DNA of 23,165 nucleotides from an uncultured virus (IMG/VR IMGVR_UViG_3300001592_000008) (taxonomy: Duplodnaviria; Heunggongvirae; Uroviricota; Caudoviricetes): the IMG/VR virus record IMGVR_UViG_3300001592_000008. One strand, given 5' to 3'. Shown here one piece after another: positions 1 to 8,306 of the stretch. Below the pieces are notes generated by a model. It was not told where the DNA came from. It ran no database searches and was given only the letters and a program-made list of their open reading frames with translations. The position numbers were made by a program, and so were the translations under genes. Numbering within the stretch: position 1 is the first letter of the stretch; each line of letters begins with the position of its first letter.

Positions 1-1179
1 CATTACCGAAATAGTGTCTTCTTGACCTTTGATAATTTCTTTCAATTCAGCGTTTTCAGACATAATAGCAGTTGCTTTCTGAGCCACGTCTTTAACCATA
101 ACACCAAGAGCTTTGATGAAATTAGTTTGATTAGCGTGAGAAGTAGCAATTGCCTTTTCAATACGGTCAAAGCGGTTAGTACCACCTTTCTTCATTTTGC
201 CTTTTTCTTCAACTTCTACATCGTCTTCATCTTCTTCTGCTTCCTCTTCATCGGTTTCATCTTCCTCCGATGTTTTCTCAGCTTCTTTAGTTTTAGACTT
301 TGCTTTGCTGATAGGCTCTTTTTTGGTTTGTCCGCCATTGGCGTCACAACCTTCACCCTTTTCAATATCATTAGGCTCTACGTCAAGCCCAAGAGCTTCG
401 TATGCTTTTGTGATATCATCTTCAGTGATTGTTTTTTTACCTTTCATATTCGCAAACTTTTTTAACATTAAATGAATATTTTCTGCTTTCTCAATACTTA
501 TACCTGGAATGTCTTTGAAAAGCCTTTCGATAACCTCTGATTTTGAAAAAGTCTGATTTTTAAGTTTCTTATCAACTGACTCTTTCTTCAATGCTTTTGC
601 ATTTTCTGTATCAACTGCTTCTTCTACTTCATCCTCATCAAAGTCATCGTCAATCTCTCCTTTAATTATATTAGCAAAGGTTTGAGGATTTTTAGGCTGA
701 TGAGTAACGGCTACTCCAGTAATTACGGCTTTTATAATTTTTTTGTAATCAGGAGAAGTTTTATCATTAGATTTACGTTTCAAAACTTTTCCTTCAATAG
801 AATAACCAAGCCTTCTTGTTTTTGAATCTTTTTCAAGAACTTGAGCAAGTTCCCAAACATCACAAGCTATTTTACTTGAAGGATACAAATCAGTTTCAAT
901 GTATAATCCTTCTGGACGAATTTCTGCTTTTGAAGGCTCTCCGATAATAGTGGCGGGTTGACCTTTTGCTTGATGATGCCAATTTACCATTCCGCTTTCT
1001 AACAACGGTTTGATATCAAATCCTTTGGGGTCAAGAAACTCTCCATCACTATCTTCATCAGATGTTGAAGCAATACCGCCTAAACGCATTACTTCTTCTC
1101 CAGTAGTGGGGTCAATAATAGTTTCTTGAGCCTTTTCAATCGGACACCAAAATTTGAATTTATCTTCTATCTTTGCCAT
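1..1179 (-). CDS. Prohead (capsid maturation) protease fused to an acidic/coiled-coil scaffold-like region; 3' end beyond the window
   Basis: Absent from the ORF track. My translation from ATG 1179 is open to base 1: MAKIEDKFKFWCPIEKAQETIIDPTTGEEVMRLGGIASTSDEDSDGEFLDPKGFDIKPLLESGMVNWHHQ...IIGEP...GLYIETDLY...RRLGYSIEGKV...ITGVAVTHQPKNPQTFA. The GxAST, D.DGE, NWHH (His) and GYSIEG (Ser) motifs match SPO1/Twort-type prohead proteases. E/D-rich tracts follow. Confidence 0.9.
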   Translation of the reverse strand, partial: MAKIEDKFKFWCPIEKAQETIIDPTTGEEVMRLGGIASTSDEDSDGEFLDPKGFDIKPLLESGMVNWHHQAKGQPATIIGEPSKAEIRPEGLYIETDLYPSSKIACDVWELAQVLEKDSKTRRLGYSIEGKVLKRKSNDKTSPDYKKIIKAVITGVAVTHQPKNPQTFANIIKGEIDDDFDEDEVEEAVDTENAKALKKESVDKKLKNQTFSKSEVIERLFKDIPGISIEKAENIHLMLKKFANMKGKKTITEDDITKAYEALGLDVEPNDIEKGEGCDANGGQTKKEPISKAKSKTKEAEKTSEEDETDEEEAEEDEDDVEVEEKGKMKKGGTNRFDRIEKAIATSHANQTNFIKALGVMVKDVAQKATAIMSENAELKEIIKGQEDTISVM

Positions 1180-1186
1180 AATTTTA

Positions 1187-1221
1187 CAAAATAAAGGTCA
1201 AAAGTTCCGAACCTTTGACCT
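1187..1221 (-). terminator. Stem-loop with U-rich tail in the protease leader (terminator- or attenuator-like)
   Basis: Minus strand AGGTCAAAGGTT-CGG-AACTTTTGACCT (12 bp, one G-U) followed by TTATTTT. Confidence 0.6.
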
Positions 1222-1223
1222 CT

Positions 1224-1232
1224 TAATAACTG
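1224..1232 (-). promoter_or_regulatory. YAGTTATW motif (candidate phage promoter element) upstream of the protease
   Basis: Minus strand CAGTTATTA, about 45 nt before ATG 1179; recurs in the other intergenic gaps. Confidence 0.5.
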
Positions 1233-1247
1233 TCAATTGTGATTTGC

Positions 1248-1577
1248 TTACTTTTCGGACATGGTTCTTTTTATCCATCCGTAAAAAAATTTTTTATTGC
1301 TCGGTTTTTTTTCACAGATTGAAATATAATACTTGACCTTTTCCATTCTTCTCGCATTCATATAATCTTCATACGGAATGGTTGTATTCAAACTGTCAAC
1401 TTTGTGTTTCCAAAATTGAACATCTGATTCAAGTTCTTTTATCCTTTCCTGATTGATAACAGGAACCTCTACATACACTGTATCAGGCACTTGTATAACA
1501 GGCTCTACAGTTTTCTGTACGCTCGGTTTACAGCTAATCATTAAAGCGGTTAGCAAGCATAAAAATATCGTTCTCAT
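1248..1577 (-). CDS. Lipoprotein, possibly o-spanin-like lysis accessory
   Basis: Signal peptide with lipobox LMIS-C16, DTVYV motif and a coiled coil; overlaps the endolysin stop by 4 nt. Confidence 0.6.
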   Translation of the reverse strand: MRTIFLCLLTALMISCKPSVQKTVEPVIQVPDTVYVEVPVINQERIKELESDVQFWKHKVDSLNTTIPYEDYMNARRMEKVKYYISICEKKPSNKKFFYGWIKRTMSEK

Positions 1578-1984
1578 ACCACTGAATTTAATTTGTTTAA
1601 TAGTTCATTACTCATCTTACCAGTCTCTCTCATTTTGAATTGCCGTTCAGATAATTTTATAGAAGTACCAACACCCATATTAACAGACGTGTCATACATA
1701 TCGTTGGCTACATCTTGTTTATTGATTTTGTCACCCCAAACTGGATTCCAATAATTTACTCGGTATAAATCTTCTTTAGCTTTTTCAAGCTCTGGAGAAA
1801 TAATTACTTGACCATTTTTCTTATTCGGAATTTTATCAAGTAATTTCCAACCAATCCATGATGGGTTAGCTTTTCTACTTATACCGCTCCAAGTCTCTTC
1901 TCCTGAATCACCGTCTATATTAGTCCAGACGTTTTTGCCTTCAAATTTTTCTGTTCTCTTGAAAGCTATTTCAAAAATTGCCAT
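1574..1984 (-). CDS. Glycoside hydrolase family 108 lysozyme (endolysin), catalytic domain only
   Basis: FEG...DGDSGEETWSGISRKANP, Y...YW and MYDTSVNMG match the GH108 EG...D.GG.T..GI / FD.aVN.G pattern. Confidence 0.85.
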   Translation of the reverse strand: MAIFEIAFKRTEKFEGKNVWTNIDGDSGEETWSGISRKANPSWIGWKLLDKIPNKKNGQVIISPELEKAKEDLYRVNYWNPVWGDKINKQDVANDMYDTSVNMGVGTSIKLSERQFKMRETGKMSNELLNKLNSVV

Positions 1985-1991
1985 GGTTATA

Positions 1992-2357
1992 TTATTTAAT
2001 AGTTAATTGTGAAAAATCAATACAATCGTGATTTAACCAATTCATCAATTTATCTGATTTATCGGTATTTTTCATTTTCATAAACGCATCTACACTAATA
2101 TTGTAGCTTTCCAAGTATCTCTGAAAACCTTCTTCTAACAATGCTATGCGATTTCCTTTCTCTGTAACTTTTTGAAATTCATCACTCAAGTCCTCTAATT
2201 TTTCTGTATTTTGAATAGCTTCATTATACAGAGCAATTTGATAAGGCTCCAATAATGGAAAATTACCTCTGAACGGAATTATTTGAGAAGGCTTTTTTAA
2301 TCCGACATATTTGACGGCTCTACCTCCTACGACTGATACAAGTCTTTCTCGTTCCAT
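1992..2357 (-). CDS. Hypothetical protein (121 aa) directly downstream of the kinase/ART gene
   Basis: Co-oriented ORF separated by 6-7 nt gaps on both sides; no recognised motif. Confidence 0.75.
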   Translation of the reverse strand: MERERLVSVVGGRAVKYVGLKKPSQIIPFRGNFPLLEPYQIALYNEAIQNTEKLEDLSDEFQKVTEKGNRIALLEEGFQRYLESYNISVDAFMKMKNTDKSDKLMNWLNHDCIDFSQLTIK

Positions 2358-2363
2358 ATCCTA

Positions 2364-4724
2364 TTATTTTTTTACAATTACTTTACTTCTATTAAGAATA
2401 ATCATAAATGAATTTGGTCCACCGTTACCATGAGGCTCTATGATAGCATCATATCCTTTTAATGCCGCATATGTTCCAATAGCTTCTTTGCTTCCTCCTC
2501 TAACTGATTCATAAATTCCCGAAATGATATCGCCATTTGGGTCTTTTGTCTTTTTCAAGTCAGCCATTTCAGAAGTTTTAGAATTCAATTCATTTTTAGT
2601 GACCTTGATATCTGACTGTAAATTAGTGACCTTGTCACCTATATGTTCAAGTTCTTTAGAAATTTTCTTGTTGATAACTCCGTAATGCTCTTTCATCATC
2701 CAATCTTGAAAACGTTTCAACGGATAGTTATAAGCATTGCTAAAAGCGTTTTTGCGTTTAATAGCATTATTCTCCCATTGATAACGGCTCAACATGAATT
2801 TCTCTTTACTATTAGGCAAAGTAAATATGTAAACATCCGTTCCTTTACCCTTTTCAGTTACAGTACCTCCATTTTTCTTTACCCAATCAAATACTTTCTT
2901 TTCAACAAAATCTTCAAAGCTCGGATAATCTGGGTCACCATCGTCATTTAACCTGCCCCAATCAGTATTATCAATTTCAAGTTGAGACATGACAAGAGTG
3001 TCTTCGTCCCAATGCATATTTGTTTTGATTTCCTTTTCGGTTTTATCGGTTATATTATTTAAGTCATCTTGTTGTTGCTTTAATTGATTATTGAGAGTAT
3101 CAATTTCAATTTGCTTTGCATCAACAGCTGCTTTATCAAAAGTTACCAAACTTAGTATTTCCTTTTTCAAGTCTGGTACTAATGCTACTTTAGACGAAGG
3201 GTCAAGAACACATTCAAGTATATCTCCAGACCTGCCTGCATAACTTCTCGCAGCATTATAAGCATCAGATTTTTTATATGTTGTTTGAGTATTACTTTTG
3301 TCGTGGTCTCCGTCATTTACATGAGCATATATACCAGAACCGTGAACGCCAATAGTTCCATAAAAACAATTATCATTGTATTTGAAATCATCTGAATAGA
3401 ACTCTGCATCATGACCTCCTCCGTCCGCTAAACCACGAAACATTTGATACTTAGATTGCTTTACGGCATTCCAATATTCAGCTTCATCAACTACATTTGG
3501 ACGTGCGGTGAATCCTCTTTCTTCGCAAATTGTATTAAGAAGTTCCCAGCCTACGGTATAATTTGTAGCATTCAATTTACGCCAATAATCCGAACCTGAT
3601 TGACCTTTCCATATAGCGTCCAACTCATCATCTGTAAGCTCACGATACATGTCTGCATCACTCTTCAAATTTCTCGGCAGTACCTTCTTACTTTTTTTAG
3701 CTAATTTTGCTTCCAAATCATTCTTAATACGTTCTAAATCTTTAAAACGCTTATCAAATGTTGAAAATAAATTAGAATTACTTTCAACTAAAAAAGCAAT
3801 TACATCATCCCTCTTTTTTAAAACCTCGTCAATTTGGTTGATGTAATCATGAGTAGAAAGATTAGCAACGACAGATGGATTATATTTTTGCATAGACAAA
3901 AAGTCATCCACTTTATCTCCAAACGTTTTCTTTGAACCTTGTGCTCGATAGTTCAAAGCTCCTCCGTTATCTACTCTAATAATTCTGCCTGCTGAATCAA
4001 TTAAACAATTATCGTTTTGATAAATATCCCAGTTTGCTAAAAGAGCGTCAACGACAAATCCCTTGGCCATATCATCGTAATTCTTAGCACTCGGAACTTT
4101 AGTCATTGGAATATACTTAGACAACATCACTGCTTCTCCGTTATCTTCATAAAGTTCAAAGTCAGGAACTCTAAGTCCAAGAAGGTCATACAACTGATTA
4201 GTCAAGTACTCGGTACGAACGTGGTCACTGGAAGTGTTAGTGCCTTTCTTCATCACGTATTGATTGCCCTTAGCATCTTCTACTAATTGAGCTCCAGTAC
4301 TACCTCCAAGTGCTTTTATTACTTTCAAGCTACTTAAATCAGATGGGAAAAGTTCATTTATATACTTTTGTTTAGAATCAACCTTTGAATCATCTACTTG
4401 TTTACCAACCTTACTTTTGCCCTTAAATACACGCCAGTCATATTTTGTTTTAGCTCCTGGAGTTGCAGTATAAATATACATAACTCCATCAACAACCTTC
4501 GTTTGACCAGGAACTACTGCCTTACAAATTTCTTCATCTGGCTCCATTCCGTGTAAATGGTCATACAAAGACTTTGCGACACATACATGATAATCATATG
4601 AATCATCAAAATTCTCAGATTTTATCTTGTAAGCATCGCAAGCCTTAATAAGAAGGTCATCAGAAACTTCGCCAAGAGCATTACCCTCAGCAATTTTATC
4701 TAATGCTTTCTTTATTTCTTCCAT
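2364..4724 (-). CDS. Multidomain protein: acidic propeptide, DWR module, HipA/PI3-4-kinase-like domain and split ADP-ribosyltransferase-like domain
   Basis: Kinase motifs LGGSTGA, YVMK, RTEY, DALLANWD, NDN and RVDNGG. ART-like motifs MFRG, GSGIY, AARSYA, G.IL and terminal GYDAII...IILNR. Confidence 0.7.
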   Translation of the reverse strand: MEEIKKALDKIAEGNALGEVSDDLLIKACDAYKIKSENFDDSYDYHVCVAKSLYDHLHGMEPDEEICKAVVPGQTKVVDGVMYIYTATPGAKTKYDWRVFKGKSKVGKQVDDSKVDSKQKYINELFPSDLSSLKVIKALGGSTGAQLVEDAKGNQYVMKKGTNTSSDHVRTEYLTNQLYDLLGLRVPDFELYEDNGEAVMLSKYIPMTKVPSAKNYDDMAKGFVVDALLANWDIYQNDNCLIDSAGRIIRVDNGGALNYRAQGSKKTFGDKVDDFLSMQKYNPSVVANLSTHDYINQIDEVLKKRDDVIAFLVESNSNLFSTFDKRFKDLERIKNDLEAKLAKKSKKVLPRNLKSDADMYRELTDDELDAIWKGQSGSDYWRKLNATNYTVGWELLNTICEERGFTARPNVVDEAEYWNAVKQSKYQMFRGLADGGGHDAEFYSDDFKYNDNCFYGTIGVHGSGIYAHVNDGDHDKSNTQTTYKKSDAYNAARSYAGRSGDILECVLDPSSKVALVPDLKKEILSLVTFDKAAVDAKQIEIDTLNNQLKQQQDDLNNITDKTEKEIKTNMHWDEDTLVMSQLEIDNTDWGRLNDDGDPDYPSFEDFVEKKVFDWVKKNGGTVTEKGKGTDVYIFTLPNSKEKFMLSRYQWENNAIKRKNAFSNAYNYPLKRFQDWMMKEHYGVINKKISKELEHIGDKVTNLQSDIKVTKNELNSKTSEMADLKKTKDPNGDIISGIYESVRGGSKEAIGTYAALKGYDAIIEPHGNGGPNSFMIILNRSKVIVKK

Positions 4725-4726
4725 AA

Positions 4727-6796
4727 TTATTCTCCAAACAAGATTGTTTCAGCTTTTTGTAAATCCATATCAGTTTCGTTGAAAATATCAATTTCTTGAG
4801 ACTTCCAAGTGTCTGGCAATAGACTTTCTTTTCCAAGCTCTTTAGCTCTCTTCTTAATCCAAGCCTTAGTTTTAGCAGGATTTTTTGAACGTCCAAATGC
4901 TTGAATAGCATTTTTCAAATCGGAAACATTACGGATAGGATATGAACCATCAGGTTCAGCTTCTTTCTTTTTAGCAAGTTTCTTTCTTTCCTTTTCGGAA
5001 AACTCCGCTTTTTCAAATTCATCTCCAAACAAAACTTGTTCAGCCTTTGTGACTTCATCATCCTCTTCTTCAGGCTCATCCACTGTGTAATCAACTCCAT
5101 CATCTTCTGGACAATATCCTTTTTCAAACAATGTTTCTTCAGCTTTTATAAGTTCCTCACTCGGCTCTGAAGTAATAGAATCATTCATTGCTGCCTTTGT
5201 AAGAACTCCCAATGCAACTTCTTCCCAATCCTTAGCCTTTGAACCAATAAGAGCGGCAAATGCTGGATTAGCACGCTTCTCATTAGCTTTATCAACCTTT
5301 CTTTTGTTAGTAAGTATTTCTTGGAATGTACGTGTAGTAAATTGAGAAGGGTCAATGTTCTTTTGATTCTTCTTGATAAGATTCATAATTTCATTACGTT
5401 CCTTTTTATCTTCACCNTCATCGTCAAGTCTCGGAGCTGAAGGAAATTCATAATCTTGATAACGGCTCTCCATAACTTCAATAGTTTCAGGAACTGTCAT
5501 ATAAATTTCAGATACCATCATAGCACGACTTATGATTGCTTTTGTATCCTCGCTTTCTGCTAACTGAGAAAGGTCTTTGTTAGTCATGATAATGATACGT
5601 CCTGTAAATTCAAAGTTTTGTTTGATGTCATCTGGGTCACCAACTATACGTCTGCCAGTTGTTGCAGTAGCTTTCTTCACCACGCTTGCGCAATCAGCTC
5701 TCTTCAATACCTTATCATTATCATCGAATACAATGATTTTGCCGTTATGAGCTTTAAGAATATTAAGCAACTGCTTTCCTGAATTAACATCAGGAGCCTC
5801 AAATATATCATAGTCTCCATCGCCAGGTGAATCTCCTTCTCCAAACGGCTTCATATTAAGAAGTTCAGCCATTTTGTTGAAACCATAAGATTTACCGATA
5901 CCAGCTCCACCTGCTGAAATCATAAATCGTTGTTCATCATTATCAAGGAACTCTAAATATTGCTCATTCAAGTCTTGAACAACCTCAACAGGATTTTTGT
6001 AATCCTTTTCTTTCTTTTTCATTTTGTAAACAAACTGGTCGTATTTGATACGTCCTTCTTTTGTCTTCAAATTGAACAACTTTTTAACACGGTCATCATT
6101 ACGGTCAAGATACCACTTTTCAGTAATTTTATGACCTTCAGCTCCTCCGTCTGAATCATCGTCAATATCAACATCTGCATCGTCAGCTGCATTTGCTACG
6201 TCATCTTCTGAATCATCGGAATTTGCTGTTTTTGTAGCTCCTTTTTTACCAGTCATTTTCATGAGTTGACCAAGAGTTCCTGAGGTATCTACTTTAGTCA
6301 TATCAAACCCCCTCTGCTCAAGAGCGTCATACGCTATCTTTCTCATTTGAGCATTACCATTCTTACTATTGGCAACCTTTAAAAGATTATCATCAGAAGT
6401 CTTTTGAGCCCAATCTATGAGTTGCTGAGAGTTCATAGGTTTACCAGCCTTTGCTTTAGCACCTGCAATTTGAGATGCAGAAGGCTTAGATGGAGTTTTC
6501 TTTGTATCAACTTTTTTTAGTTTCAACAAATGTACATTTGAACCATCATCAAGCAATGCTACTCCGTTGTTTATAGATACAACTTTTTTATTCTCTCCAT
6601 CGTGTTCAACTGTATCTCCTCTACTGATTGAATCATTTGAAGGACTACTTTGTTTATTAGCACCACTGCTATTTTTAGCTGGACGCCAATCAAACTTGCC
6701 TGGTTTATATTCAGTCCAAATCCACTTGCCGTTAGGGTGTGCATCACCTACCTTTCGGGAAACGGCTTTTTCAATAACATCTTCTTTCTTTGCCAT
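4727..6796 (-). CDS. Phage AAA+-type ATPase with N-terminal DWR module, low-complexity linkers and a C-terminal DGSYPI helical domain
   Basis: Walker A GGAGIGKS, Walker B IIVFDD, sensor-1-like FTGRIIIMTN. A single N at 5417 does not break the frame. Confidence 0.8.
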   Translation of the reverse strand: MAKKEDVIEKAVSRKVGDAHPNGKWIWTEYKPGKFDWRPAKNSSGANKQSSPSNDSISRGDTVEHDGENKKVVSINNGVALLDDGSNVHLLKLKKVDTKKTPSKPSASQIAGAKAKAGKPMNSQQLIDWAQKTSDDNLLKVANSKNGNAQMRKIAYDALEQRGFDMTKVDTSGTLGQLMKMTGKKGATKTANSDDSEDDVANAADDADVDIDDDSDGGAEGHKITEKWYLDRNDDRVKKLFNLKTKEGRIKYDQFVYKMKKKEKDYKNPVEVVQDLNEQYLEFLDNDEQRFMISAGGAGIGKSYGFNKMAELLNMKPFGEGDSPGDGDYDIFEAPDVNSGKQLLNILKAHNGKIIVFDDNDKVLKRADCASVVKKATATTGRRIVGDPDDIKQNFEFTGRIIIMTNKDLSQLAESEDTKAIISRAMMVSEIYMTVPETIEVMESRYQDYEFPSAPRLDDXGEDKKERNEIMNLIKKNQKNIDPSQFTTRTFQEILTNKRKVDKANEKRANPAFAALIGSKAKDWEEVALGVLTKAAMNDSITSEPSEELIKAEETLFEKGYCPEDDGVDYTVDEPEEEDDEVTKAEQVLFGDEFEKAEFSEKERKKLAKKKEAEPDGSYPIRNVSDLKNAIQAFGRSKNPAKTKAWIKKRAKELGKESLLPDTWKSQEIDIFNETDMDLQKAETILFGE

Positions 6797-6841
6797 AATC
6801 TATTTATGTTTTACTTTATATGATTAGCATTATGATAAAGA

Positions 6842-6850
6842 TAATAACTG
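6842..6850 (-). promoter_or_regulatory. YAGTTATW motif upstream of the ATPase
   Basis: Minus strand CAGTTATTA, about 46 nt before ATG 6796. Confidence 0.5.
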
Positions 6851-6852
6851 CG

Positions 6853-8304
6853 TCAATCTGTTTCCCACTCAATAGGAAGTTCAATGTGATAAAAGTCCTC
6901 CATGATTTCTTTTGTTATCTTTTTCACATTTGTTGAATCTTTTCCTTTTTCAAGTTCTTTATTAATTAACTTGTTACCTCCGTTGCATAGTCTGATTATT
7001 TCTTCGGCATTTTTTGTAGCATTAAATAATTCATATACTAAATCAAAATTGTACTTAGTATCTTTCAAGAACTTAGCAGATGACATCTTAGCAGCTTTTT
7101 TCAATGCTGTAGCAAATTCCTTCGGAGTAGCATCCCATGGAATAATGATTGCTCTAACATTTTCAAATAAAGGGTCATATAAATCCTTATCAGCTCCCTT
7201 TGCCAATCCTCTATAATCACGCAAAACAGGATAAGCACCACATAACATAGCTTCTATGATAAAGCCGTTAATGTGAGTACGACAATAATTTGCATAATGT
7301 TCAGCCCAAGATGGGTCAATAGCAAATTTAGTATTTTTTAAAGTATCTATAACCTCACCACCAGACATTTGACCCATATACTCCATACCAAATTTTTCGG
7401 CTCTATTCCAAAGAGAAAGTTTACCATCAAGTTTTTTAGGAAGGTCTGGGTCACGCTTTGTAGTGCACATATAGTTACTCTTAGTTTTCGTCTCACTGGT
7501 CATGTAGTTATATTCTATGCCTGTACCAGCAATCTTTACTTTGAAACGTTCTTCCTCTCCTTTTTGAATATACGGAACAGCGGCAATAAGTTCTTCCATG
7601 TGTTTCATAGACTTAAACATATGAGCGGCAAAAAAGTCCTCTTTTCGTTTATTCATCATCTTCAAAGGCATCTTAGCACCATTGGGAAGGTAACGTGGAT
7701 TCAATAACAAATTTCTCGGAATGCCTATTTCAGAACAACATTGATAAGCAGCTAAATGAGCGCAACCCATAAACATTATCTTATCTTTTAAAGCAGATAT
7801 ATTACTTGCTCTTACATTGAAATAAGCATCGTGTACTAAAAACACTTGTTTAATAGAAGAAGGAAGGTCAAAGAATTTATGCCAAAAATTGAATTCTAAT
7901 CCCTTTTTATCCCAAGCTGAACTTTTAGTAGGCATGAAATTCCAAAGAATTATATCGGCATCTTTAACAAGTTCTTTCCATCTATCAACCGCATTTTTTT
8001 CATATACTCCGATACGATTGCTGGGAGGCAAGAAATATCCGTAATAGTTATTGCGCCAATATCCTGTTACTTCGTCTTTTTCATAACCTCCTGCCTGAGA
8101 ATGAAACTTTATTTTTTGTTGATGTTCTCCGCTTTCAAACTCTTTAACTTTTTTATCATAAGCATTCTGAGTAGTTGAAGCAGGAGTCATTTGAGCAACG
8201 TCAACTTCATGTCCCAAATCTCGGAACGCTTTAAGCATACTGGCTACATATTCTACTATGCCGCCATACTTTGCTATTTGAAAATCTGCTATGAATATCT
8301 TCAT
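6853..8304 (-). CDS. GT-B fold glycosyltransferase (GT4-like)
   Basis: N-terminal YGG...LGHEVDV, LVHD, K.MEELI.A, IAGTG, YMGQM, DPSW and IIEAMLCGAYPV signatures. Confidence 0.85.
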   Translation of the reverse strand: MKIFIADFQIAKYGGIVEYVASMLKAFRDLGHEVDVAQMTPASTTQNAYDKKVKEFESGEHQQKIKFHSQAGGYEKDEVTGYWRNNYYGYFLPPSNRIGVYEKNAVDRWKELVKDADIILWNFMPTKSSAWDKKGLEFNFWHKFFDLPSSIKQVFLVHDAYFNVRASNISALKDKIMFMGCAHLAAYQCCSEIGIPRNLLLNPRYLPNGAKMPLKMMNKRKEDFFAAHMFKSMKHMEELIAAVPYIQKGEEERFKVKIAGTGIEYNYMTSETKTKSNYMCTTKRDPDLPKKLDGKLSLWNRAEKFGMEYMGQMSGGEVIDTLKNTKFAIDPSWAEHYANYCRTHINGFIIEAMLCGAYPVLRDYRGLAKGADKDLYDPLFENVRAIIIPWDATPKEFATALKKAAKMSSAKFLKDTKYNFDLVYELFNATKNAEEIIRLCNGGNKLINKELEKGKDSTNVKKITKEIMEDFYHIELPIEWETD

Positions 8305-8306
8305 GA

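Noticed and set aside
197..270. TCT/TCA-rich microsatellite-like tract
   Set aside because: It encodes the Glu/Asp-rich linker of the scaffold on the minus strand.
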